Shown: positions 28,616-39,558, counted from the first letter of the stretch. The stretch is 64,000 nt of DNA from Candidatus Eiseniibacteriota bacterium (GCA_963823555.1 CAWGMA010000001.1:64001-128000), one strand, 5' to 3'. Numbers and translations are program-made. The notes: generated from the letters alone by a model not told the origin.

Positions 28616-31612
28616 ATGCTCGTCACTGCGCCAGCCCCTCGCGCGGGCGCTGGAAAGCCCGCGCTGCTCCACCGCCTTGCTCTGCTCCTCTCCCTGGCCG
28701 CATGCCTCGTCCTCAACTTGACGGGCACTGCCCTTGCCGGTCAGATCGACCCGGATTACGAGCGCTACCTGTCGACGCTGGATGACCAGGCCATGGTCTC
28801 GGTCATCATCTACCTCGCCGACCAGGCGCCCCTCGCCGCCATCGATGCTCAGCTCCGTGCCGATCAGGCGACCCTCGTCGCACGCCACGAGCTCGTCGTG
28901 ACCACGCTTCAGGATGTGGCTGCCCAGACCCAGCCCGGACTCCTCGCCGATCTCGCGGCGCGGCAAGCGACGGGCAAGGTCGTGGGCTTCACGCCCTACT
29001 GGATCGCCAACCTGGTCGTGGCCCAGATGACCGTCGAGGCCGTGCGCGAGGTGGCGGCGCGGCCCGAGGTGGGTACGATCTACGCCAACTTCACCGTGTC
29101 CTTGATCGAGCCGGTGGGCGGGACGCCGGTGGCGCCGCCTCTTGGCGAGGAGCCCCAGCAGCTCGTGAACGCGGCCACCCCCGGCCTGCAGGCCATCAAT
29201 GCGCACCGGGTCTGGTACGAGCTCGGGATCACCGGCGCCGGCCGGCTCATCTGCGGCCTCGACACCGGGGTCATGGGGAGCCACGTGGCGCTGGGCTCGC
29301 GCTGGCGCGGGACCCATGTGCCGTGGCAGCACGCCTGGCTCGATGTCATCGGTACCAGCACCCAGTTCCCGACCGATACCCACGGCCACGGCACGCACAC
29401 CATGGGCACCATGACGGGCCTCGGTGTCGCCACCGGGGATACGGTCGGCGTGGCCTTCGGCGCCGAGTGGATCGCCTGCAACGCGATCAATCAGGGCGTG
29501 AGCTCCGAGTTCGACAACGACGTCATCACCGCCTTCCAGTGGATCGCCGATCCGGATGGCGACCCGCAGACGGTGGATGATGTGCCGGACGTGGTGCAGA
29601 ACTCGTGGCGCATCAACGAGAGCTTCCCCGGCGGCTATCAGGATTGCGATCCGCGCTGGTGGGCGGTCATGGACGGCTGCGAGGCGGCCGGCTGTGCCGT
29701 CGTCTTCTCGGCCGGGAACGAGGGACCGAGCGCGGGTACGATCGGTTCACCGCCTGACCGCATCACGACCCCGACCAATGCCTATGCGATCGGCGCGGTG
29801 AGCGCGCAGGCCGGGCAGCCCTTCCCGTTCACGATCGCCAGCTTCTCGAGCCGCGGCCCCTCGGGATGCCCGGGCACGGCCCAGGAGAAGATCAAGCCCG
29901 AGGTGTCAGCGCCAGGCGTCGAGGTCTACTCGACCACGAACAACGGCGGCTACCAGTCCTCGGGCTGGAGCGGCACCTCGATGGCCGGCCCCCATGTCTC
30001 GGGCATCTTCGCTCTCCTCCGTGAGGCCAACCCCAACCTCGACGTGACCACGATGAAGCAGCTCATCATGGACACGGCGCGGGATCTGGGCACCGCCGGC
30101 GAGGACAACACCTACGGCTGGGGCATCCCCGACGCCTACGCGGCGGTGAGCACCGTGCTCCAGGGCGTGGGCGAGATCTCGGGGGTCGTGACCCATGCCA
30201 CCCTTGGCATGCCCATCGCCGGCGCCACGGTCACCGTCGTCGGTGCCAACCGCACCTACACGACGAATGCCAGCGGGGAGTACCGCGGGTTCGCTCCGGC
30301 CGGCACCTACGACATCACGGCGAGTCATCCGGCCTTCGTGACCGGCACCCAGGCCGGTGTCGAGCTCGTGGTCGGGACGCCGACCACGGTCGACTTCGCA
30401 CTCACCGCGGCTCCCGATGGCGTGCCGCCCGATGTCAGCGGCACCACCTGCTTCTACGCCACGGATGATGTCGTCGGGCCTTACCCGATCGAGGCCACGG
30501 TCACCGACAATCTCGGCTTCATCGCCGGGGTGAGCCTTTTCTACCGCACGGCGCAGACCTGGATCGAGGTGCCGATGCCGCTCGTCGGTCCCAACCTCTA
30601 CCGGGCGGCGATCCCCGGCCAGCCGCTCGGGACCACGGTCGACTACTACGTCGAGGCCCGGGATGCGGCGCTCAATCCGGGTACGGATCCGCCGGGCGCG
30701 CCGAACACGACCTACAGCTTCGTCGTGGCCAATGCCAACCAGGTCTTCGCCGACGATGCGGAGCTGAACCTGGGCTGGACGCTCGGCCTCCCCACCGACA
30801 CCGCCACCACCGGGCGCTGGGTGCGCGAGGATCCGGTGCAGACGGTGAGCTCGACCAACCCGCAGCTCATCTACCAGCCGGAGGACGATCACACGCCCGC
30901 TCCCGGAGTCATCTGCTTCGTGACCGGGAACGGCGTACCGGGTGGAGCCCCGGGAGATCAGGACGTGGACGGCGGTTGCACGACCCTCGTTTCGCCCATC
31001 TTCGATGTCTCAGGCGCCCACGAGGCGATCGTCCGCTACTGGCGCTACTACACCAACGAGACCACGCTCGATGACATCTTCCAGGTCGACATCTCCTCGG
31101 ATGGCGGCGCCACCTGGCAGCCGCTCGAGCGCGTCGGCCCGGGGAGCGCGCATCCATGGCGCGAGTTCGAGAAGCAGCTGCGCTGCCTGGTCGACCTGAC
31201 GAGCCAGATGCAGCTCCGCTTCATCGCCTGCGACCAGGGCGGTGGATCGCTGACCGAGGCGTTGATCGATGACGTGTTCATCGGGCGCATCGATCTCGGC
31301 TCGACGGCGGTGAGCCCGGTGGACGCTCCCACCGGCCAGTTCCGGCTGGCGGCGGCCAAGCCGAACCCGTTCAACCCGGCGACCTTCGTCACCTACGAGA
31401 TCGCCACCCGGGATCATGTCGGGTTGCGCATCTATGACGTGAAGGGACGTCTGGTGCGCACGCTCGTCGACGGCATCGTCGATCCGGGCGTGTACACGGC
31501 GCTCTTCGACGGACGGGATGCCGGTGGGCGTGACCTCGCCAGCGGGACCTACTTCCTCCGTCTCGAGTCGAACGGAAACCGGGAGACGCAGAAGATAGCG
31601 CTCGTTCGCTAG
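28616..31612 (+). CDS. Secreted S8 subtilase (bacillopeptidase F-like) with carboxypeptidase-regulatory-like domain and FlgD-Ig CTD
   Basis: GAGGAGG RBS; catalytic triad motifs DTG, HGTHTMG, GTSMAGP; C-terminal PNPFNP...DGRD...SGTYF. Confidence 0.95.
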   Translation: MLVTAPAPRAGAGKPALLHRLALLLSLAACLVLNLTGTALAGQIDPDYERYLSTLDDQAMVSVIIYLADQAPLAAIDAQLRADQATLVARHELVVTTLQDVAAQTQPGLLADLAARQATGKVVGFTPYWIANLVVAQMTVEAVREVAARPEVGTIYANFTVSLIEPVGGTPVAPPLGEEPQQLVNAATPGLQAINAHRVWYELGITGAGRLICGLDTGVMGSHVALGSRWRGTHVPWQHAWLDVIGTSTQFPTDTHGHGTHTMGTMTGLGVATGDTVGVAFGAEWIACNAINQGVSSEFDNDVITAFQWIADPDGDPQTVDDVPDVVQNSWRINESFPGGYQDCDPRWWAVMDGCEAAGCAVVFSAGNEGPSAGTIGSPPDRITTPTNAYAIGAVSAQAGQPFPFTIASFSSRGPSGCPGTAQEKIKPEVSAPGVEVYSTTNNGGYQSSGWSGTSMAGPHVSGIFALLREANPNLDVTTMKQLIMDTARDLGTAGEDNTYGWGIPDAYAAVSTVLQGVGEISGVVTHATLGMPIAGATVTVVGANRTYTTNASGEYRGFAPAGTYDITASHPAFVTGTQAGVELVVGTPTTVDFALTAAPDGVPPDVSGTTCFYATDDVVGPYPIEATVTDNLGFIAGVSLFYRTAQTWIEVPMPLVGPNLYRAAIPGQPLGTTVDYYVEARDAALNPGTDPPGAPNTTYSFVVANANQVFADDAELNLGWTLGLPTDTATTGRWVREDPVQTVSSTNPQLIYQPEDDHTPAPGVICFVTGNGVPGGAPGDQDVDGGCTTLVSPIFDVSGAHEAIVRYWRYYTNETTLDDIFQVDISSDGGATWQPLERVGPGSAHPWREFEKQLRCLVDLTSQMQLRFIACDQGGGSLTEALIDDVFIGRIDLGSTAVSPVDAPTGQFRLAAAKPNPFNPATFVTYEIATRDHVGLRIYDVKGRLVRTLVDGIVDPGVYTALFDGRDAGGRDLASGTYFLRLESNGNRETQKIALVR

Positions 31613-31641
31613 AATCTACGAGATCGGCCAGTGGTCAGCGC

Positions 31642-31672
31642 GGGGCCCGGCGGAGTGGATCCGCCGGGCCCC
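31642..31672 (+). terminator. Hairpin terminator after the S8 gene
   Basis: GGGGCCCGGCGGA-loop-TCCGCCGGGCCCC perfect 13-bp stem. Confidence 0.75.
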
Positions 31673-31881
31673 TGTCGCCTCTCCGGACACCGCCTGGCGC
31701 TCGCCCCCGCGACGCGGGCTCCCCGGCCGGGGTCCGAGTCTGTGCTAGGCTTTGGTTCGTACGCCCAGGCGATCCTCATCCTCCCCCCCTGCCCTGGCCG
31801 CCGATTCAAGCGGAGAAACATGATCGTACGTGGTGTGACCGCTCTTGGAACGAGCTGCCATGAGGCGGCTCCGGAGATCGG

Positions 31882-32955
31882 ATGATGTCGCGCCGGGGTT
31901 GGATCCTCGCCGGTGCCCTGCTCCTGATCGGGGCGCTCGCCGTCATTCGTGTCACGGTCCTCAGCAGTGGCCCGACCGGACCGGCGACTCGCTCGCCTGG
32001 ACGCGGTGGCGGTGGGGAGCCGATTCCGGTCTCCACGTGGGTGGTGCAGTCCAAGCCGGTGACGGATCGCGTCGATGCGATCGGCACCATCCAGGCCAAT
32101 GAAGAGGTCCAGATCCGGAGCGAGGTCCCCGGTCGCATCGAGCGGGTCGAGTTCCGCGAGGGCTCGCGGGTGGCCCGGGGGGATCTCCTCCTCAAGGTCA
32201 ACGACGCCGAGCTCCAGGCTCAGCTGGCCCGCGCCCGGGCGCGGCAGGCGATCGCCGAGTCCGAGGCCGAGCGCCAGCGGCAGCTCTTCGAGAGGGGCCT
32301 GACCAGCGATCGCGAGCATTCGGTGGCGGTGAACGAGGCCGACGTGGCCCGGGCTGAGGTGGACCTCATTCGCGCCCAGCTCAGGAAGACCGAGATCCGG
32401 GCCCCCTTCGCCGGGGTGATCGGGCTCCGGTCGGTGAGCGAGGGCAGCTATCTCACGCCCGCGACCCTGGTGGCATCGATCCAGGACGACACCCCGGTCA
32501 AGATCGACTTCACCGTGCCCGAGCGCTATGCGGGCCGGATCGCCGTCGGCGATCGCATCACGTTCTCGGTGGCCGGGCACACACAGGAGTTCACGGGGAC
32601 GATCTATGCACGCGAATCCGCCATCGATCCGGTGACCCGCACCCTGCGCCTGCGGGCCACGAGCCCCAATACCGACGGCGCCCTCATCCCGGGTGCGTTC
32701 GCCAACGTCGGGGTGGTGTTCGACGAGCGTGATGCGGTCCAGGTCCCGGCGTTCGCCGTCGTGCCCGAGCTCGGGGGACATCGCGTGTTCGTGGTCCACG
32801 ATGGCAAGGCCGTGGGCCGGAGCGTCGACATCGGCACCCGAACCGACGATCGAGTCGAGATCGTGAGTGGACTCGCGGCGGGCGATACGGTCATCACGTC
32901 AGCCATCCCGCAGCTCCGGGACGGCTTGCCGGTCCTGATCTCCTCCGACCGGTGA
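31882..32955 (+). CDS. RND efflux periplasmic adaptor subunit
   Basis: N-terminal TM anchor; IRAPFAGVIG, IDPVTRT, GLAAGDTVI. Confidence 0.93.
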   Translation: MMSRRGWILAGALLLIGALAVIRVTVLSSGPTGPATRSPGRGGGGEPIPVSTWVVQSKPVTDRVDAIGTIQANEEVQIRSEVPGRIERVEFREGSRVARGDLLLKVNDAELQAQLARARARQAIAESEAERQRQLFERGLTSDREHSVAVNEADVARAEVDLIRAQLRKTEIRAPFAGVIGLRSVSEGSYLTPATLVASIQDDTPVKIDFTVPERYAGRIAVGDRITFSVAGHTQEFTGTIYARESAIDPVTRTLRLRATSPNTDGALIPGAFANVGVVFDERDAVQVPAFAVVPELGGHRVFVVHDGKAVGRSVDIGTRTDDRVEIVSGLAAGDTVITSAIPQLRDGLPVLISSDR

Positions 32956-32967
32956 CAAGGAGCCGCC

Positions 32968-35900
32968 GTGAGCCTCTCCGCCACCTCGATCCAGCGCCCG
33001 GTGCTCACTCTTGTCTTCTCGATCGTCATCGTCATCTTCGGCGTCATCGGGTTCACCTTCCTGGGCGTGCGGGAGTATCCCAACGTCGATCCCGCGGTGA
33101 TCACGGTCACCACCGACTACACGGGGACGAACGCCGACATCATCGATTCCCAGATCACGCAGCCGCTCGAGGAGGATCTGTCGAGCGTGCCGGGGATCCG
33201 GGCCATGAGCTCGGAGAGCCGTGAGGGGCGGAGCCGGATCACGCTCGAGTTCGAGCTGGGCGTGGATCTCGACACCGCCGCCAACGACGTCCGCGACAAG
33301 GTCGCCGGCGGGGTCGGCTCGCTCCCGCCGGATGTCGATCCGCCGCGGGTGGCCAAGGCCGACGCCGATGCCTTCCCGATCGTGGTCCTCAACATATCGA
33401 GCGCCGAGCGCGACCTCCTCCAGCTCAGCGATCTCGCCACCAAGCTGTTCAAGGAGCGCCTGCAGACGATCCCCGGAGTGAGCGAGGTCCGCATCTTCGG
33501 CGAGAAGCGCTATGCGATGCGGCTGTGGATGGATCCGGAGAAACTCGCCGCCCACGGCGTGACCGTGGGTGATGTGCGGGCGGCGCTGACGGCCGAGAAC
33601 GTCGAGCTGCCCTCGGGGCGGATCGAGGGCAATGACGTCGAGCTCCCGATCCGGACCCTGAGCCGGCTCACGACCTCCGAGCAGTTCAACGACCTCATCG
33701 TGCGCGAGGACGACGGGCGCATTCTCCGTTTCCGCGATGTCGGCACCGCGGAGCTCGGTCCCGAGAACGAGCGCCAGGTATCGAAGGGGCTGGCCGGTCC
33801 CCGGGTCGCGGTGGCCCTCATCCCGCAGCCGGGCTCGAACCACATCGCGATCGCCGACGAGTTCAACCGCCGGCTAGAGCTCCTCGAGCAAGAGGCGCCC
33901 GACGACATCGTCCTCGGCGTGGCCTGGGACACCACGCGCTACATCCGCAAGTCGATCCACGAGGTGGGGGAGACGCTCGTTACCGCCTTCATCCTCGTCG
34001 TGCTCATCATCTTCGCCTTCCTGCGCGACTGGCGGACGACCTTGATTCCGGCCCTGGCGATCCCCATCTCGCTCATCGGGGCCTTCGCCGTCATGTACTT
34101 CGCCGGGTTCTCGATCAACGTCTTGACGCTCCTCGGGCTCGTGCTCGCCATCGGCCTCGTTGTCGATGATGCGATCGTCATGCTCGAGAACATCTATGCC
34201 AAGGTCGAGGCCGGGATGGCGCCCATTGCGGCGGCGCTCGCCGGGTCGCGCGAGGTCTTCTTCGCCATCATCGCGACGACCATCGCACTCGTGGCCGTGT
34301 TCATGCCGCTCGTGTTCCTGCAGGGGTTGACCGGCCGGCTGTTCCGGGAGTTCGGGGTCGTGATCGGCGGCGCGGTCGTGGTTTCATCCTTCGTGGCGCT
34401 GACCTTGACGCCGATGCTGAGCTCGCGTCTCCTCAAGCCCCACGCCCGCCACTCCTGGCTATACCGCCGCACCGAACCCTTCTTCGAGCAGATGAACGCC
34501 GGGTACGGCCGGCTCCTCGCCGGCTTCCTCCGCCGGCGCTGGGTGGCGGCCGCGATCATCGTCGTCGCCGCCGGGCTGTCCTGGTTCTTCCTGGCGCGGT
34601 TGCCGCGGGAGCTGGCGCCACTCGAGGACCGGAGCCGGCTCCGCATCACGGCGACCGCACCCGAGGGCACGTCCTTCGAGCGCATGGATCGCTACATGGA
34701 CTCGGTGGTGGATCTGGTCCGGAGGGAGGTGCCGGAGGCCGATGTGGTCCTGGCCAACACATCCGGCTACGCCGGCGGGGCCAACGCCGGCAACTGCACG
34801 GTGACCCTGGTCGAGCCGGAGGATCGCGAGCGCTCGCAGCAGGAGATCGCCGCCGCCCTCTCCGGATCCCTGCGCCGGCTGACCGATGCCCGCACCTTCA
34901 TCACCCAGGAACAGTCGATCAGCGTGGGCGGTGGGAGGGCGCGCTTCGGGCTTCCGGTGCAGTACGTGGTCCAGGCGCCGACGATCGAGAAGCTCGAGCA
35001 GATCCTGCCCCGGTTCATGGACGAGGCCGGAGCCCGCCCCGAGTTCGACGCCGTGGATCTGAACCTCAAGTTCAACAAGCCCGAGCTCCTGATCGAGATC
35101 GACCGCGACCGCGCCCGGGCCCTCGGCGTGTCGGTGCGGGACGTGGCCCAGACGCTGCAGCTCGCGCTCAGCGGCCAGCGCTACGGCTACTTCAACATGG
35201 AGGGGAAGCAGTACCAGGTCATCGGACAGCTCAGGCGCGTCAATCGCAACGACCCGCAGGACCTGGCATCGATCTTCGTGCGGAGTGGGGATGGCCATCT
35301 CGTCCCGCTGGACAACGTGATCCGGATGAGCGAGCACTCGAATCCCCCCGAGCTCTATCGCTTCGATCGCTATGTCTCGGCGACCGTGTCGGCCGGCCTG
35401 GCGCCCGGCTACACGCTGGGCGACGGCATCGCCGCGATGGACGAGATCGCAGCCCGGGTGCTCGATGAGTCCTACCGGACGTCCCTCGCCGGCGCCGCCC
35501 GCGATTTCTCGGAGAGCTCCTCGAGCCTGGTCTTCGTCTTCATCCTCGCGCTCGTGCTCACGTACCTGGTGCTGGCAGCCCAGTTCGAGAGCTTCCGGGA
35601 CCCCTTCATCACCATGCTCACGGTGCCGCTGGCGGTGGCCGGAGCGTTGCTCTCGCTCTGGTATTTCAATCAGACCATCAATATCTTCAGCCAGATCGGG
35701 ATCATCATGCTGATCGGGCTGGTGACCAAGAACGGCATCCTGATCGTCGAGTTCGCGAACCAGCGGAAGATCGCCGGCATGCCCCGGGCCGAGGCCATCC
35801 GGAGCGCGGCCGTGGCGCGTTTCCGGCCCATTCTCATGACGAGCTTCTCGACCATCCTCGGGATCCTGCCCGTGGCGCTCGGGCTCGGCGCCGGTTCCGA

Positions 35901-36066
35901 GAGCCGGGTCAGCATGGGGATCGCCGTCGTCGGGGGAATGGTCTTCGCGACCGGTCTCACGCTGTTCGTGGTCCCGGCGGTCTATGCGGTCCTGGCGCGG
36001 GAGACCGCGGGCGCGCCGCCGCGAGCTGTTGCGGGCGAGACGACCGAAGCGCTACTCGTACCGTAG
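32968..36066 (+). CDS. RND efflux permease (AcrB/AcrD/AcrF family)
   Basis: AAGGAG RBS; 1032 aa; GLVVDDAIVMLEN, KNGILIVEFA, RFRPILMT. Confidence 0.96.
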   Translation: MSLSATSIQRPVLTLVFSIVIVIFGVIGFTFLGVREYPNVDPAVITVTTDYTGTNADIIDSQITQPLEEDLSSVPGIRAMSSESREGRSRITLEFELGVDLDTAANDVRDKVAGGVGSLPPDVDPPRVAKADADAFPIVVLNISSAERDLLQLSDLATKLFKERLQTIPGVSEVRIFGEKRYAMRLWMDPEKLAAHGVTVGDVRAALTAENVELPSGRIEGNDVELPIRTLSRLTTSEQFNDLIVREDDGRILRFRDVGTAELGPENERQVSKGLAGPRVAVALIPQPGSNHIAIADEFNRRLELLEQEAPDDIVLGVAWDTTRYIRKSIHEVGETLVTAFILVVLIIFAFLRDWRTTLIPALAIPISLIGAFAVMYFAGFSINVLTLLGLVLAIGLVVDDAIVMLENIYAKVEAGMAPIAAALAGSREVFFAIIATTIALVAVFMPLVFLQGLTGRLFREFGVVIGGAVVVSSFVALTLTPMLSSRLLKPHARHSWLYRRTEPFFEQMNAGYGRLLAGFLRRRWVAAAIIVVAAGLSWFFLARLPRELAPLEDRSRLRITATAPEGTSFERMDRYMDSVVDLVRREVPEADVVLANTSGYAGGANAGNCTVTLVEPEDRERSQQEIAAALSGSLRRLTDARTFITQEQSISVGGGRARFGLPVQYVVQAPTIEKLEQILPRFMDEAGARPEFDAVDLNLKFNKPELLIEIDRDRARALGVSVRDVAQTLQLALSGQRYGYFNMEGKQYQVIGQLRRVNRNDPQDLASIFVRSGDGHLVPLDNVIRMSEHSNPPELYRFDRYVSATVSAGLAPGYTLGDGIAAMDEIAARVLDESYRTSLAGAARDFSESSSSLVFVFILALVLTYLVLAAQFESFRDPFITMLTVPLAVAGALLSLWYFNQTINIFSQIGIIMLIGLVTKNGILIVEFANQRKIAGMPRAEAIRSAAVARFRPILMTSFSTILGILPVALGLGAGSESRVSMGIAVVGGMVFATGLTLFVVPAVYAVLARETAGAPPRAVAGETTEALLVP

Positions 36067-37347
36067 CGCGGCGATCGGGTCGAGGCGGGCGGCGCGGCGC
36101 GCCGGCACGATGCCGAAGAAGAGACCCACCGCCACGCTGAAGAGGAAAGCGAGACCGATGGCCGCGGGCGACAGCGAGGTGTTCCATCCGGCGAGGCGGC
36201 TGAGCAGCATCGAGGCGGTGGCGCCGCCGGCGATGCCGAGGACGCCGCCGAGGAGGCAGATCGTGAGCGCCTCGATCAGGAACTGGAGGAGGATCGTCGA
36301 GCGGGTGGCGCCGATCGCCATCCGGATCCCGATCTCGCGCGTGCGCTCGGTCACCGAGACCAGCATGATGTTCATGATGCCGATGCCGCCGACGAGGAGG
36401 CTCACGCCGGCCACCGCGGCGAGGAGGAAGGAGAGAGTGCGGGTCGTGTCCTGAGCGGTGGTCAAGAGCTCGGCCCGGTTCCGGATCCGGAAGTCCGAGG
36501 GCTGGTCCGGGCGCAGGTGGTGCTCGCGGCGGATCACCTTCTCGATCTCGAGCATCCCCTGCTCGGGGCTGGCGTCGGGCGCCAGCTTGACGTTGATCAC
36601 GCGCAACCTGTCGTCACCGGCCACGCGATACTGCGCCGTCGAGATGGGAATCACGATCTGATCGTCGGGGTTCATCCAGCCCTGCTGCCCCTTGCGCTTG
36701 AGAATGCCGAGCACCTCGAAGCTCAGGCCCCGGATGCGGATGGTCCGACCCAGGATGTCGGCGGGCTTCATGTTCAGTGCCTCGAGAACATCGGGTCCGA
36801 CGACGGCGACTCGGCGCCGGGCCTCGACATCCTTGGCGTCGAAGAAGTGCCCGCGATCCAGCTCGAAGCGGTTGACCGCGAGATAGCTCGGGGTGGTGCC
36901 GACCACCATGGTCTCGGCGTTCTTGTTCAGGTACTCGACCTGCACCGAGCGCGAGAGCTCGGGAGCGATATCGACGACACTCGGGCTCCGCTCGAGGATG
37001 GCGTAGGCGTCATCGATCGTGAGATCCACGTCGGCTCGCGACACCCCCCTCCTCATGTGATGTCCGCCCATGACGCTCAGGACATCGGTGCCGAGGGCGG
37101 CAATGCGCTCCTCGACGGCGCGGCGGGCGCCCTGGCCGAGGGCGATCATCGTGATCACGGCGCCGACGCCGATGATGACGCCGAGCATGGTGAGGAGCGA
37201 GCGGAGCTTGTTGGCGCCGATGGCGGCCATGGCGACGCCGAGGATCTCGGGCAGGAGCGCGCCGATGGGCGGGCGCCGGATCCGCCGGCCCGCGTGCTCG
37301 GGGATGCGTGGCGCCGCCGGGGCGGCGAGGGCGGGAGGATGCGCCAT
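36052..37347 (-). CDS. MacB/FtsX-type ABC transporter permease (no fused ATPase)
   Basis: RSLLTMLGVIIGV, GGIGIMNIMLVSVTERTREIG, LDPIAALRYE. Confidence 0.95.
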   Translation of the reverse strand: MAHPPALAAPAAPRIPEHAGRRIRRPPIGALLPEILGVAMAAIGANKLRSLLTMLGVIIGVGAVITMIALGQGARRAVEERIAALGTDVLSVMGGHHMRRGVSRADVDLTIDDAYAILERSPSVVDIAPELSRSVQVEYLNKNAETMVVGTTPSYLAVNRFELDRGHFFDAKDVEARRRVAVVGPDVLEALNMKPADILGRTIRIRGLSFEVLGILKRKGQQGWMNPDDQIVIPISTAQYRVAGDDRLRVINVKLAPDASPEQGMLEIEKVIRREHHLRPDQPSDFRIRNRAELLTTAQDTTRTLSFLLAAVAGVSLLVGGIGIMNIMLVSVTERTREIGIRMAIGATRSTILLQFLIEALTICLLGGVLGIAGGATASMLLSRLAGWNTSLSPAAIGLAFLFSVAVGLFFGIVPARRAARLDPIAALRYE

Positions 37348-37349
37348 GG

Positions 37350-38810
37350 CTACCGGCCTCCCTGGCCCTGACCTTGCTGCTGCTGTCGTTGCAGTCCAGG
37401 GACGCCCGTCACGTTCTGGATCCGCTGGCGGAAACGGGCCTGGTCCTGGAGGGTCTGGGTGCTCGGCAACAGGGCCACCTTCTCGCCCTCGTCGAGCCCG
37501 GAGAGGATCTCGGTATCATCCCAGTTACGAACCCCGATCGTGACCGGGTGCGCCACGAGATGGTCGCCGTCGACCACGAAGACGAACGCTTCGCGGCCGG
37601 TCCGCCCCGCTTCGCGCCGCCCACCGCCGCCCTGGCCGGCGGGCGCCGCCTCGGCCGTGCCCGGTCGCCCGCCCTCATGATTGCCTCGTCCCCCGGCGCC
37701 ATCGGTTCGTCTCCCGCCGGCATCGCCTCGTTCCCCGCCGGCATCGCCTTCCGATTCCAGGCCTGCCACCTGGATGCCGAGGGCGGCCGCGGTCTGGCGG
37801 GCCTCGACCGGCGTCCGCACCGCCTCGTTGGGCACCGTGAGGGCGGCGTCGCGGCGGTGGATCTCGATCTCCACCTCGCAGTTCATCCCGGGCAAGAGCA
37901 AGCCGCGATCGTTCGGGATGCGCACCAGCACCGGGAAGGTGGTCACGTTCTGCTCGACCACGGCCGCGGGCTCCACCTTGAGCACGGTGCCCGTGAAGTG
38001 CACGTTGGGATAGGCATCGACGACGATGCCGGCCTCCTGACCCTCGTGGATGCGGCCGATGTCGGTCTCGTCGACGAGCGTGCGCACCTGGACCTCATCG
38101 AGATCGGCCATGCGCATGAGCGTGGTGCCCCCGGTCACCTGCGACGTCGCCGAGCTGATGATCTGTCCCTCCTCGACGCTCTTCTCGATGATGACGCCGG
38201 CCGAGGGGGCGCGCACGGTGGCCTCGATGAGTCGCTCCCTGGCCAGGTCGAGATCGATCTCCGCCTTGACCAGGGCGGCGCGGGCGTTGGCGTGATCGAG
38301 GACGACCTGCTCGTGTTCCTCGCTCGACACCACCTCGCGTGCCAGGAGCTGCTTCGAGCGCTCGAGCCGGCCCCCGACGATCCTGAACCCGGCCTGGGCG
38401 ACTTCGAGCTCCGCCTCGGCGCGGGCCACCCCGTTCTTCGGATCCTTGGGATCGATCTGGGCGAGGAGCGCTCCCTTCTCGACGCGGTCGCCGGATTCCA
38501 CGGGCAGCCTCAAGATCTCACCCGAGGCCTTCGATTTGACCTCGACGATGCGCACCGGTTCGAGCACGCCGGTCGCCGCCGCGGAGACGATGAGATCCTT
38601 GCGCGCCACCGAGCCAACTTGATAGGCGCGGGCGGCTCCGCCGGAGGGTTCCCCGTTCTTCCTCCCGCCGCAGCCGGCAGTGGTGAGTACCGCCACGCCG
38701 AGGAGCGAGGCCATGAAGAGGGTGAGCGACGGCCAGGCAAAACTCCGGCACGGTGACAGAGGCCTCGCCGGGGCCTGGCGACGGGCGCCCTGGAGACAGG
38801 AATCGAACAC
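37350..38810 (-). CDS. MacA-like periplasmic adaptor subunit
   Basis: GAGGTG RBS before GTG 38810 (alternative ATG 38714); VKSKASGEI, VRAPSAG, VDETDIG, LLPGMN. Confidence 0.9.
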   Translation of the reverse strand: MFDSCLQGARRQAPARPLSPCRSFAWPSLTLFMASLLGVAVLTTAGCGGRKNGEPSGGAARAYQVGSVARKDLIVSAAATGVLEPVRIVEVKSKASGEILRLPVESGDRVEKGALLAQIDPKDPKNGVARAEAELEVAQAGFRIVGGRLERSKQLLAREVVSSEEHEQVVLDHANARAALVKAEIDLDLARERLIEATVRAPSAGVIIEKSVEEGQIISSATSQVTGGTTLMRMADLDEVQVRTLVDETDIGRIHEGQEAGIVVDAYPNVHFTGTVLKVEPAAVVEQNVTTFPVLVRIPNDRGLLLPGMNCEVEIEIHRRDAALTVPNEAVRTPVEARQTAAALGIQVAGLESEGDAGGERGDAGGRRTDGAGGRGNHEGGRPGTAEAAPAGQGGGGRREAGRTGREAFVFVVDGDHLVAHPVTIGVRNWDDTEILSGLDEGEKVALLPSTQTLQDQARFRQRIQNVTGVPGLQRQQQQGQGQGGR

Positions 38811-38870
38811 GGATCACCTCGGAAAGGGGCAAGAGCACCTGGGGGGCCGGCTCAACCGGCTGACCATGAA

Positions 38871-38897
38871 GACACCGCCCGGGGAGCGGGCGTTGAA
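38871..38897 (-). promoter_or_regulatory. Predicted ECF-sigma promoter TTCAAC-N15-GGTGTC
   Basis: Same bipartite motif as the two copies flanking the ECF locus; correct orientation about 60 bp upstream of the macA-like start. Confidence 0.65.
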
Positions 38898-38984
38898 TGG
38901 GCCGCGATCTCTCCTCGTGGCTCAGGCTACGCCGGGAGCGTAGCACAGGGCGGGGAATGGTCCGGACGTGCCCCGGCCGGAAAG

Positions 38985-39022
38985 CGGGACGCCGGAAGCC
39001 TCAAGAGGCCACCGGCGTCTCG
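38985..39022. terminator. Long stem-loop, probable terminator
   Basis: GACGCCGG/CCGGCGTC stem with inner GCCTC/GAGGC; followed by CTTT on the minus strand; strand ambiguous. Confidence 0.6.
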
Positions 39023-39548
39023 TGTCCTTATCCCCGCCGTCCCGCGGACTGGCTCTCGGGTTCTCGGTCCCGATCGAGTGCGCGAAGCACTCAGTGCCTG
39101 CTAAGGCTCCGGGTGAACGTTCGAGCTCCCGCTCGCGGGACATGAGGGGCTATGTGGTGTGGGTCCAGAGGAGTCGATTGGTTCGCACCCTCCTTTCCGC
39201 TCTCGAGCTCAGCGTTTCGCGGCAGCGTGGTGCGAGCGGGTTACCGGCCCACTCGCTGGCCGCTCACGTTGGGATCGCGCATCCGTTCCAGGCCGCCGGC
39301 GGTAAGTCCGACAGTGTGGCGTTCTTCGCCCCCTGCCGGTCCGGCGGTTGCCGTGATGCACACCCGCGGCAACGCCGAGCGAGTCTCGTCCGGGCCTTCC
39401 ATTATCAAGCCCCCCCGGTTCCGCCGCTTCGTAGCCCCGATGCCCACTTGTAGGCTGTCCGGCAACGAAAGCGTTCCGGACCGGGTCCGGTTCACGATGA
39501 CGGTCGGGCCGCGGGGGATTCAACCCATTCCACGATCCGCCCGGACGT
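38985..39548 (-). ncRNA. Candidate structured non-coding RNA of unknown family
   Basis: No credible ORF; several stem-loops; upstream sigma54 element; downstream terminator-like hairpin; internal AAAGGAGG with no properly spaced start codon. Confidence 0.45.
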
Positions 39549-39558
39549 TCATAAGTTT

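Noticed and set aside
39505..39540. GGATTCAACCC T-loop-like sequence suggesting tRNA or tmRNA
   Set aside because: No acceptor stem, D-arm or CCA end could be built
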